From Solirubrobacterales bacterium (lineage in GTDB: Bacteria > Actinomycetota > Thermoleophilia > Solirubrobacterales > Solirubrobacteraceae): a stretch of 64,000 nucleotides of DNA. The position numbers and the translations under genes were made by a program. The stretch covers positions 53,848-117,847 of the forward strand of contig PLFX01000043.1 in NCBI GenBank assembly GCA_003138355.1, given 5' to 3'. Shown in pieces: positions 52,340 through 60,594 of this stretch. The first letter of the stretch is position 1. Each line of letters opens with the position of its first letter. A model generated the notes under the pieces. That model saw only the letters and a program-made list of their open reading frames with translations. It ran no database searches and was not told the origin of the DNA.

Positions 52340-52422
52340 TGCCCAGGCGCGCGGCGAAGAAACCAAGCCGTCGCTCCCCGGTGGTCCTCCACCTTAGCTG
52401 CGCCAGTCACGACAGCCCGCCG
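52340..52422 (-). promoter_or_regulatory. ZTP (pfl motif) riboswitch
   Basis: The minus-strand RNA reads 'GGGCUGUCGUGACUGGCGCAGCUAAGGUGGAGGACCACCGGGGAGCGACGGCU...CGCGCGCCUGGGCA'. It contains the invariant CGUGACUGGCG, GGUGG..ACCACCGGGGAGCGAC and CGCCUGGGCA blocks. It lies 28 nt upstream of the glyA ATG. Confidence 0.85.
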
Positions 52423-52573
52423 AGTCTAGCGCGAGCAAGCGGACACAATTGCTCATCGCGCGCAGGGCGGCAACTGGTGCCAAGCCGGCTTGGCGCCTCC
52501 TAAGGGTGGGAGCGGTCGCGGGGCCCCGTGCTGGACCGGCTCGGTGCCGCTGCGGTGGGTTACATTCGGGGTG

Positions 52574-53224
52574 ATGGCGCCGGATCGCTACACAGCTCCC
52601 GAGTTCGCGGCGTCGGCGCTGGTCACTATCGATACGCAGCGCGACATACTCGACGGTGGGGCGTTGGAGGTGGCTGGCACCTCGGCGGTATTGCCGCAGT
52701 TGCGCGTGCTGGTGAACGCCTTCCGTGCGGCGCGTCGTCCGATCGTTCATGTCGTTCGGCTGTATGAGCCTGACGGCAGCAATGTTGACCTTTGCCGTCG
52801 CCTCGCGGTCGAGGACGGCAGCCGCGTGCTGATCGCCGGACAGCCCGGTTCGCAGCTCGCCGACGAGCTGCTCCTCGAGCCAAGCGTGCCCCTTGACGCG
52901 CCACTCTTGTTGTCTGGCGAGCTGCAAGCGCTTGGTGCGAACGAGGTAGCGATGTACAAGCCGCGGTGGGGTGCGTTCTTCGGCACACCGTTGGAGCAGC
53001 ATCTACGCGAACAGGAGGTTTCGACGCTGGTGCTCTGCGGCTGCAACTTTCCGAATTGTCCACGTACCTCGATCTATGAAGCCAGCGAACGCGACTTTCG
53101 CGTCGTCCTGGTCCGCGACGCGATCTCCGGCCTCTACGACCGCGGCGAGCTCGAACTTCAAGACATCGGCGTGCAGCTAATGACGACCAACGAGGTGGCA
53201 AGCACGCTGGACACCTTGGTGTGA
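52574..53224 (+). CDS. isochorismatase-family cysteine hydrolase
   Basis: Contains 'ALVTIDTQRD', 'KPRWGAFFGT', and 'LVLCGCNFPNCPRTSIYEA' with the catalytic Cys. Start is ATG 52574 or GTG 52571. Confidence 0.85.
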   Translation: MAPDRYTAPEFAASALVTIDTQRDILDGGALEVAGTSAVLPQLRVLVNAFRAARRPIVHVVRLYEPDGSNVDLCRRLAVEDGSRVLIAGQPGSQLADELLLEPSVPLDAPLLLSGELQALGANEVAMYKPRWGAFFGTPLEQHLREQEVSTLVLCGCNFPNCPRTSIYEASERDFRVVLVRDAISGLYDRGELELQDIGVQLMTTNEVASTLDTLV

Positions 53225-53244
53225 CTCCGTAGGAGGCGTGTCGT

Positions 53245-53994
53245 ATGACGGGGCTCTCTTACGATCAGATCGGCCGGTCCTACGCGGCAACGCGACGCGC
53301 GGATTCGCGTCTAGAGACTGCTATCTGGCAGGCGCTCGGGAGCGCGCGAAGCGTGATCAACGTGGGCGCTGGCACGGGCTCATACGAGCCTCAGGATCGT
53401 GCGGTGACGGCCGTTGAGCCCTCGGCGGTGATGATCGCTCAGCGACCGGCCGGTGCGGCGCCGGTCCTCCAGGCTGCGGCGGAGCAACTGCCGTTCGCTG
53501 ATGACAGCTTCGATGCAGCGATGAGCGTCCTGAGCGACCGGCATCGCGGGCTCACCGAGCTGCGACGCGTCGCGCGCAACCGGGTGGTCCTATTCAACTT
53601 CAACCCGGGCGATGCCGGACTGTTCTGGCTGACACGCGAATACCTTCCCGGCTTCACTGAACTGATCCCTGAGCGCTACCGCTCAACGGACGCGTGGGAG
53701 CGCGAGCTGCGCGCAATCTTCGGCGATCTCACACTCGTGCCGGTCCCGGTTCCGCACGACTGCACCGACGGGTTCTACGGCGCGTTCTGGCAACGACCGG
53801 AGGCCTATCTCGACCAAGCCGTGCGCGACGGGATCTCCGTCTTCGCGCAAATTCCCGCCGCCCAAGTCAAGTCCGCCACGAACGCGCTCCGCGCAGACCT
53901 CACAAGGGGCGCATGGCATCACCGGCACACAGGGCTGCTCAAGCGCACCGAACTGCACCTCGGCTACTACGTTGCCGTTGCCGAACTCGAATGA
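53245..53994 (+). CDS. class I SAM-dependent methyltransferase
   Basis: 249 aa. Motif I 'VINVGAGTGSYE', followed by 'AEQLPFADDSFDAAMSV'. Confidence 0.85.
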   Translation: MTGLSYDQIGRSYAATRRADSRLETAIWQALGSARSVINVGAGTGSYEPQDRAVTAVEPSAVMIAQRPAGAAPVLQAAAEQLPFADDSFDAAMSVLSDRHRGLTELRRVARNRVVLFNFNPGDAGLFWLTREYLPGFTELIPERYRSTDAWERELRAIFGDLTLVPVPVPHDCTDGFYGAFWQRPEAYLDQAVRDGISVFAQIPAAQVKSATNALRADLTRGAWHHRHTGLLKRTELHLGYYVAVAELE

Positions 53995-54138
53995 CCAATC
54001 GGAACAGCTCCGGCCTGCAGCGACCGCGTTTCAAACGCTCGGCGGCAGCGTAAGCGTGGTTCAGGTTCGCCGCTGCTTCGGGATTTTGCGGCCTCCGTAG
54101 GGAGGGTCCGAGCCAGGTTGTTGGGTTGATCGGAGCCT

Positions 54139-54869
54139 TCAGCGGGGCCAGGATCCGCCAGCGATTCGATGCCCGCCGTCGGAGGTGATCACCTGGCCGT
54201 TGATGAAGGCCGCGTCCTCGGAGAGGAGGAACGACACGAGCGCGGCAGCGTCTGTCGGGCGCCCTGCCCGTCCCAGTGGGGTTCGCTTCGCTGCCGCCTG
54301 TTCGATCTTCGGTGTCATCCAGCCGGTCTGGTTGGGCCCGGGGTTGATGGCATTCACGGTTACGCCACGCGGGCCGAGCTCGGTGGCGGCGGAGTAGGTG
54401 ATCCATTCCAGCGCGCCTTTGCTGGCGGCGTAGGCGATCGCGCCGTTTTGCGGCGGTCCGCTCGTGAAGATCACAATGCGCCGCGGCGCAGACGGATCGC
54501 TGACCCGCTCCGCGAACGCTCGCATCAGCAGAAGCGAACCGCGCACGTTGATGGCCATGTGCCGGTCGATCACCTCCAGGGTCATTTCGAGCAGCCCACC
54601 ACCGCGGTCGGGGTGTGCGCGAGGACCAGTGCGGAGAGCGGACCCGCCTTGTTCTCTGCGGCCGCGATGAGGCGCATCGCCTCGGATGCATCGCCGAGAT
54701 CGCACTGAAAATCGGTCTGTGCCTGCTCATCGAGCTCGGTTTGGTTCTCGGAGTCGTAAGGAGTCCATCCGGCCGTGACGACCGTCCAGCCATCGGTGCG
54801 CAAGCGGTCGGCCACCGCCGCGGCGATCCCGCGTCTGCGGCTCACGCCGGTAATCAGAGCTGCCGCCAT
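54139..54869 (-). pseudogene. SDR family oxidoreductase, single-nucleotide frameshift
   Basis: The N-terminal part 'AALITGVSRRRGIAAAVA...LSALVLAHTPTAVVG' (ORF 54582..54929) and the C-terminal part 'GLLEMTLEVIDRHMAINVRG...YAASKGALE...' (ORF 54139..54705) are in different frames. The switch falls in the ggtggtggg run near 54594-54606. Confidence 0.7.
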
Positions 54870-54959
54870 GCGCCCGATGGTACGTGAGGTCCCGCGCTTC
54901 GGCCAAGGCTCGACCACTCGTGCGCGCACTCCAGCTCACGCGCACCAGTCACTCCCGCG

Positions 54960-57515
54960 TTGACGCAAGAGCGAGAGCGCGCAACCCGGGCCGCCCGCTC
55001 CTGCTCGCGCCCCCAACTGAGGACGCGCGATGTTCGCGCGCCAGTGGCCATAGCAGGCGTTATCGAGCATTGCGCCGGCGAATGGCGTATTCCAGCGCCC
55101 GCCCTCTCGCCAGCGGCTAGTCGCCCCGCGTTCCAAGCATACTTACATACCCACGTGTCCTACCCAACCGTCGAAACGAGATGGAACGGCAGCGATTACA
55201 TCCTGCGAGGCCAGTTCTGTCCTCCAGAGGCGATCGCCAGCGCTCTTGACTGGCTTCGCCGTGAGGTTGGCGCCGACATGGCTCTGCTACTCGTGGCCGG
55301 ACCACGTGGGTTGCTGCAGAGTCTCTGCTTGGCCGTGTCAGAGGATGCGCGAGGTGAGGAACTCACTGACCTGCTTCGTCGTGAGCCTGGATTGCGCCCG
55401 CGACGTTTTCTTCGACCGTTCACGGGACAGGACGACGATGCGTTCCCAGGCTCTGCAACCCAACTGCTCCGGCGCGTACGAGCAACGGTGGAAACCCACG
55501 GCGGCGACGTGGAGTTGCTTATCGGGTCGGCCGCTGAATGGATCGCACTCGACACGCCTGAGGAGCTCGCAGGGACCCCACTGGCCGTGGCTGCATTCCT
55601 GCGAACGACGCAGAGCGGAGACGCGACTCTGCCGACGATTGGTGGAGTGAAGATCGTCCAGCACGACAGGCACGTGTCCAACCTCGCCGTGATGGTGAAT
55701 GCCACAGCTCAGGCCCAGGTCCATCACGACGCGATCGTTCTGGATCGAGTCGACCAAGCCTTGGACGCCAGCGTTCTCGTCGGAAAACAGATTGACTTGG
55801 CCCTCGCTGCGGAGAAGCTCGTCGAGCTTGCCCGGGAGGTCACCAGCAGCGACGTCGCCGGGTACTACGCTGCAGACTTCGAGGCGCGCACTCTGCACCT
55901 GCGAGCAAGTTCAGGTGACGACGCGCTACTTGTCCTCCCGCCCACACTCGACCTCGATGGCGACCGAGTCGCCGCGATTTCGGCAGAGCGTACGCGGCCG
56001 GTCCTCCTTGACCCCGGGAACACTGGGCGTCTCGCATCGACGACGGAGTCGGCCGAGGGGGCTGCACCCGTGGCGGAGATGGCGACTCCGGTGCCGGGAC
56101 CTCTCGCTGGCGGACCTATCCTTGGCGTTATCACAGTCGCGCGCGGCGGTGCTGCGGGCCGCCAGCCGAATCCCTTCGGGGCGTATGACCATGCTCTCGC
56201 CCGAAACGTCGCGCTCAGGCTCGCGCTGCTCCGCGCCACAGCAGACCTTGAGTCGGCTGCAGAGATGTTCACCCGCCTCCTCTCCCCGACGGCTGCCCTA
56301 ACAAGCTCTGTGGACCCGCCGCGTTCGGGTCCACCGATTCCCGATGACCTGCTGCTCGCGCTAGCCGACATCACCCGCGGCCTTCGCACAATCCGCACGC
56401 TCACGAATAGCCATTCGGCGACGTTTCGCGCCGCGCTGCCTAGCGTCGAGGCGACGGCGCCGCACGATCTTGCCCTCTACCGGATCGCTGCCGATCCGCC
56501 CGAGCGTCTGAACGACGCGCGCCCGGTTCAGCAGGTCGACGGTGACGGGATCAACTGCCGTGCTGCGGTCCTCGGCACCGCCCACAACGTGCCGTTCGTG
56601 GCGCAAGACGCCGCGTTTGAATCCCTGCGTGAAGGTACATCTTCGGAGATGTCGGTACCGGTCTTCGTGGAGGGGCTGGTCGTCGGCGTGGTGAACCTGG
56701 AGAGCACAAGCGAGCAGAACTACGACACGCGACGAGCGACCGTGATCGCTTTTGCGGAGCACGTGGGCGTGCTCATCGCCATCGCCCGTCTGACGCTTTC
56801 TCGGCGGCTCGACGGCTATGCAGTACGAATTATCTCCCGCGCCCATGAGCTGAGCCACAACTGCGAAGCGATCACCAGCGCGATGGACAAGCAGCCGCCG
56901 ACCACGGCGCTTCGTGCCACGATTGAGCAGAACCTGGACGAAATCGAAGCGCGCGCTCGAGGCCTGCGGGACTTCGACGACACCGACACCGACGTCGACG
57001 GATCCGAACGTAGCGTAGTTCCAGCGACGATGCCTCAGCTCGTCACGCACGCGATCGACGTCGCGGACCTCGTACTGGTCAGAACCCACCTCGACGACGT
57101 CGCCTGGTCGGTCTACGACGCGGACGCCGCAACGCATATCCGCGAGAGCTTGCACCACATCTTCACCAACGTGTTCGGACAACGTCCCGTCACTTCAGAG
57201 CCAGTAGTCGTAACCGTTTCGCAGGCTCAGTGGGGTGGCCGCACGCATGACGTGGTTCAGGTAACCAATCCAACCCGAGATCGTCTGGATGCGGACCGAG
57301 CCTGCAACTTCTATCGTGTGCCCGTGTACGGAAGCGGCGGCCCCGGAATGGATGGCAGTCCAGTAAACGTCCCCCGCTTTGGGGCATACCTGGCAGGCGG
57401 CCACGCGCGCGCATTGGGTGGGGAGGTTCACCTCCTGCCCCTTGACGAGCGGCACGCGCGTGTCGCGCTCATGGTCCCCGCGCCAGCCGAGGGGGCCGAT
57501 GGAAACGCACGCTGA
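54960..57515 (+). CDS. cytoplasmic multi-GAF sensor histidine kinase-like protein (divergent catalytic domain)
   Basis: 851-aa ORF with no TM segment. The true start may be as late as GTG 55155.
- Two clear GAF-like modules: '...EMATPVPGPLAGGPILGVITVAR' and '...SSEMSVPVFVEGLVVGVVNLES'.
- DHp H-box-like 'ISRAHELSHNCEAI'.
- CA-like region: 'ESLHHIFTNVF', 'VVQVTNPTRDRLD', 'PRFGAYLAGGHARALGGEVHLLP'. Confidence 0.65.
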   Translation: MTQERERATRAARSCSRPQLRTRDVRAPVAIAGVIEHCAGEWRIPAPALSPAASRPAFQAYLHTHVSYPTVETRWNGSDYILRGQFCPPEAIASALDWLRREVGADMALLLVAGPRGLLQSLCLAVSEDARGEELTDLLRREPGLRPRRFLRPFTGQDDDAFPGSATQLLRRVRATVETHGGDVELLIGSAAEWIALDTPEELAGTPLAVAAFLRTTQSGDATLPTIGGVKIVQHDRHVSNLAVMVNATAQAQVHHDAIVLDRVDQALDASVLVGKQIDLALAAEKLVELAREVTSSDVAGYYAADFEARTLHLRASSGDDALLVLPPTLDLDGDRVAAISAERTRPVLLDPGNTGRLASTTESAEGAAPVAEMATPVPGPLAGGPILGVITVARGGAAGRQPNPFGAYDHALARNVALRLALLRATADLESAAEMFTRLLSPTAALTSSVDPPRSGPPIPDDLLLALADITRGLRTIRTLTNSHSATFRAALPSVEATAPHDLALYRIAADPPERLNDARPVQQVDGDGINCRAAVLGTAHNVPFVAQDAAFESLREGTSSEMSVPVFVEGLVVGVVNLESTSEQNYDTRRATVIAFAEHVGVLIAIARLTLSRRLDGYAVRIISRAHELSHNCEAITSAMDKQPPTTALRATIEQNLDEIEARARGLRDFDDTDTDVDGSERSVVPATMPQLVTHAIDVADLVLVRTHLDDVAWSVYDADAATHIRESLHHIFTNVFGQRPVTSEPVVVTVSQAQWGGRTHDVVQVTNPTRDRLDADRACNFYRVPVYGSGGPGMDGSPVNVPRFGAYLAGGHARALGGEVHLLPLDERHARVALMVPAPAEGADGNAR

Positions 57516-59244
57516 ACCTCGCGAGCTTGCTATCGACGCATTCCGCGTCCTTGTCGTGGACGACGAGGAGCGTGTCCTGACCGAGATCGATCGGCAGCTG
57601 CGTGACTACAACGTGGAACTGCTGCCGGCCTCGCGCGCTAAGGAAGCTGAGCGCATCCTCACCGACACGTACATAGATGCGGCGATCGTCGACATCCGAC
57701 TCCATGGTAAGGACGCCGGCATCGAGGTCCTCAATGTGATGACTGAGCGAGCCCCCCAGGCGACCGCGATCATCGCAACGGCCTACACCGACCGCTGCGG
57801 TCCCTTCGTCGGCGTGTCCCAGCCCCGCCTGACCGCGATCGTCCACAAAGGCGCTCGCGAGACCCCGCGCAACTGGGCCGCCGCAGCCCTCCGGAGCGCC
57901 TACGAGAGTTGGGAAGCCACACGCATCCAGATTGAGAACATGCAGCTCGCAGTCGACATGCTCCGTGCCCGCGCGGAGCGTATCCCGAACCTTCGGGCCA
58001 TCAACCACGAGGTTGCCGCCGAGGTTGATCGTCTGCTGCGGCGTCTGTTTGGCTCGGTGTCCACTGACGATGTGTCCAACGCTTCACAGATCGCCCTCGA
58101 GCTCGTTCCCATCCGTCGCGAAGGCCTCAGCCCCGCTATCACCGTGCGCGCGAAGGTAAAGCTTGGCCGAGACAACGCCGACCGACCACTACCCGCTACG
58201 CCGGTCATCCTGAAGATTGGACCTGCCGCTGACGTGGACGCCGAGGTGGAGCGCTATCACCGCTTCGTCAAGTACGGCGTGCCGCTCTTTCATCGCGTCG
58301 AGCTGCTCGGGAGCGCCGTCGATCAATCGCTGGGTGCGATCTGCTACAGCGTCGCCGCGCAAAGCCCCGAAAGCGATCCCCAAACACTCGACGAAGCGTT
58401 GAGCTCACCCGACTCGGAGGAAAGGGCCAAGCTCGCGCTGTACCAGCTCTTCGATAAGTCCGCGAAGAGCTGGTACTCAGTAACCGGCGAGCCGGTAGCA
58501 GCAATCAACTACGTCTACGAGACGTGGGACACCGATCTCGAGAAGTCGCATGTTGCGTTCAACGAGACGCTCAAAGGCATTCGCAAACGCCTCCGGAAGG
58601 AGGACTCGCTCGTTGCCGACGCTCCGAGCGAAAAAGCCGAAGGCGTTCTCGCGCTCGGCCAGGCGCACTTGCGACTCCCACCGACGACGATCTTCGGCAG
58701 TGGGCTATTCGTCACTGCGGTGCCGACGTGCCTCGTCCACGGCGACATGCATGGCGGCAACGTCATGATCGAGACAACCCGCGACGGCGACGTCCGCCCG
58801 CGCCTAATCGACTATAGAAGCGTAGGCCCAGGACCCAGGGCAACGGATTTCGCCGTGCTCGAGGCATCCCTTCGACTCGCCGACGTTCAGGCGATCATCC
58901 GCGCGTTTGGGGCTGAGGAGGAGGGCCAGCTCAACAAGGACGATTTCCGGCAGGCGCTGCTCCAATGCGCAGCACGCGAACGCGAGGAACGCCGTCTCGT
59001 GCACGCCTGGAACGGCGAGGCACTTGAGGTCGAGCCGTCGGGCCAGTGGTCGCAAGTCAGCCAGCAATTGGCCGGCCTTGCCCGGATCAACTTTGAGGAT
59101 CTCGATTTGAACGAGTACCTGGCCATCTCGATCCCTGTGGCTCAGCGCCACATCGGCTTGAAGATCGGCATCCTCGGTAGGGTCCGCTTCGCCGCATGGC
59201 TCTCGGCACTGTACAGCGCCGCGTCTCCCGCCGCCGCTCCTTAG
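57499..59244 (+). CDS. response regulator: REC domain fused to APH/protein-kinase-like fold phosphotransferase domain
   Basis: ATG at 57499 preceded by GAGGGGG; overlaps the kinase gene by 17 nt.
- REC: 'RVLVVDDEE', 'AAIVDIRLHG', 'IIATAY', 'VHKG'.
- Kinase fold: 'PVILKIGPAADVDAEVERY' (Lys/Glu pair), catalytic loop 'LVHGDMHGGNVMI', and 'RLIDYRSVGPGPRATDFA'. Confidence 0.75.
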   Translation: METHAEPRELAIDAFRVLVVDDEERVLTEIDRQLRDYNVELLPASRAKEAERILTDTYIDAAIVDIRLHGKDAGIEVLNVMTERAPQATAIIATAYTDRCGPFVGVSQPRLTAIVHKGARETPRNWAAAALRSAYESWEATRIQIENMQLAVDMLRARAERIPNLRAINHEVAAEVDRLLRRLFGSVSTDDVSNASQIALELVPIRREGLSPAITVRAKVKLGRDNADRPLPATPVILKIGPAADVDAEVERYHRFVKYGVPLFHRVELLGSAVDQSLGAICYSVAAQSPESDPQTLDEALSSPDSEERAKLALYQLFDKSAKSWYSVTGEPVAAINYVYETWDTDLEKSHVAFNETLKGIRKRLRKEDSLVADAPSEKAEGVLALGQAHLRLPPTTIFGSGLFVTAVPTCLVHGDMHGGNVMIETTRDGDVRPRLIDYRSVGPGPRATDFAVLEASLRLADVQAIIRAFGAEEEGQLNKDDFRQALLQCAAREREERRLVHAWNGEALEVEPSGQWSQVSQQLAGLARINFEDLDLNEYLAISIPVAQRHIGLKIGILGRVRFAAWLSALYSAASPAAAP

Positions 59245-59308
59245 CAACTACCGTAACAACCTACGTCTTAGGGTTGCAAGTGAGGCCCGCAAGCGCTACC
59301 GTATAGCC

Positions 59309-59815
59309 ATGGCGGCAGAAACGACGACTATCAGGCAACGAGACTCAGAAGCGTCCGCGAGGTCACGAGCACATCGGGTCCGCCCCGCCATCGACCAGAC
59401 TGGACATTCGGAGATCGCTCCGACGGATGCTATGACGGTGCCGGAAGCAGAGGACATCGCGCGCCGCTCGGTGCTCGTCGGCGCCGACGAGATGGCCGGC
59501 TTTCTACAGCAGCACCTCGGCCAGAAGCTCACCGCCTATCTCGCTGGCATCAAAGACGCCAAAGCGGTCGGACAATGGGCGCAAGGTCGCACCAATCCGT
59601 CCGCCATCGTCCGTGAGCGACTCCGAGCGGCCTACCACGTCACTGCGCTCTTTGCCGCCGTATACGGCGACCGCGCCGCGCAAGCTTGGTTTTTCGGGGC
59701 GAACTCGGCGCTCGACGACCAAGCCCCTGCGGCGACTCTTCGCACCGCCGAGACACCCGACGAGATCGCCCGAGTCGTCCCTATCGCCCGAGCCTTCGTC
59801 CGAGGCGCAGCCTGA
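59309..59815 (+). CDS. Xre/MbcA/ParS-type antitoxin with DUF2384 domain
   Basis: 168 aa. The C-terminal 'AQAWFFGANSALDDQAPAATLRTAETPDEIARVVPIARAF' matches the DUF2384 pattern (W...N..L.g..P..l). Directly precedes a RES gene. Confidence 0.8.
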   Translation: MAAETTTIRQRDSEASARSRAHRVRPAIDQTGHSEIAPTDAMTVPEAEDIARRSVLVGADEMAGFLQQHLGQKLTAYLAGIKDAKAVGQWAQGRTNPSAIVRERLRAAYHVTALFAAVYGDRAAQAWFFGANSALDDQAPAATLRTAETPDEIARVVPIARAFVRGAA

Positions 59816-60456
59816 GGGGCACCTGGTATCGGGTCGGGCGGCACACTGGCCCGCTCGACTACTCGCCCCACGCGTTCCTCTCCTGGAACGGTCGGTTCGA
59901 CGATCCTCGCTCGAGCCTCGCGCCCACTGACCGATTTCGAACGCTGTATCTCGGACGCCGTCGCACTACGGCGATCCGCGAAGCACTGCAAGACTTGCGC
60001 CCAGACACGCGCGCGATCGCAGACTTCAAGAGCCTGTTTGGCGTCTCTCCGGTAGCCGGGATCGTGACCGCTCAGTGGCGCGCCAACCGCCGCATCGCAA
60101 GGGCACGCGTCGAGGGGCCTGAGAACCTATTTGTCGACTTGGAGGACTTGAACGTCCGCCGCGCACTCGAAGAGAAGTATGCGAGCTTGCTCGCCGCACA
60201 CGGCATGCGACACCTTGACATCAGCGAGCTGCGCTCCACCCAGCGCGTGGTCACCCAAACAATCGCGCTGGAGCTCTACGTGGCCGGCAAGGCGGGCGTC
60301 GTCTACGGCTCGACCCTCGACAATGAGCGCTGCATCGCCGTTTTCGAGGGGCGCTCAACGCTCACGCGCTACGGATCGCCGCAGACGCTGGACGCCGACG
60401 ACGAGGACCTACTCGCGGTGTGCAAGGCCTGGACGATCGAGATCGAGCCCGACTAG
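59686..60456 (+). CDS. RES domain toxin (MbcT/ParT-like, NAD+-targeting family)
   Basis: 'WYRVGRH...WNGRFDDP...TLYLGRRRTTAIREAL...GVVYGSTLDNERCIAVF' carries the R/E/S signature. The ORF-track start (TTG 59686) overlaps the antitoxin by 130 nt. The homologous part starts at about 59812, where only a CTG (CTGA overlap with the antitoxin stop) is available. Confidence 0.75.
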   Translation: MVFRGELGARRPSPCGDSSHRRDTRRDRPSRPYRPSLRPRRSLRGTWYRVGRHTGPLDYSPHAFLSWNGRFDDPRSSLAPTDRFRTLYLGRRRTTAIREALQDLRPDTRAIADFKSLFGVSPVAGIVTAQWRANRRIARARVEGPENLFVDLEDLNVRRALEEKYASLLAAHGMRHLDISELRSTQRVVTQTIALELYVAGKAGVVYGSTLDNERCIAVFEGRSTLTRYGSPQTLDADDEDLLAVCKAWTIEIEPD

Positions 60457-60594
60457 CGCGAGGCGTTTCGCAGGATGCTGCGGGTGAGGACGCAAGACCG
60501 GGCCGGGCTGCGCGGTCGCTTCCGCGATGGTTGCGCTGCCGACCGATTGAAGGTGCTGAGCTTTCGCGGAAGCGGCAGCACCGTGGCAAGTTGA

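Noticed and set aside
59245-59308. Treating the HK/RR genes and the RES-Xre pair as a proven single operon.
   Set aside because: A 64-nt gap with a plausible independent promoter (TTGCAA-17 nt-TACCGT) precedes the antitoxin, and RES-Xre modules are autonomous elsewhere. The linkage is reported only as a hypothesis.
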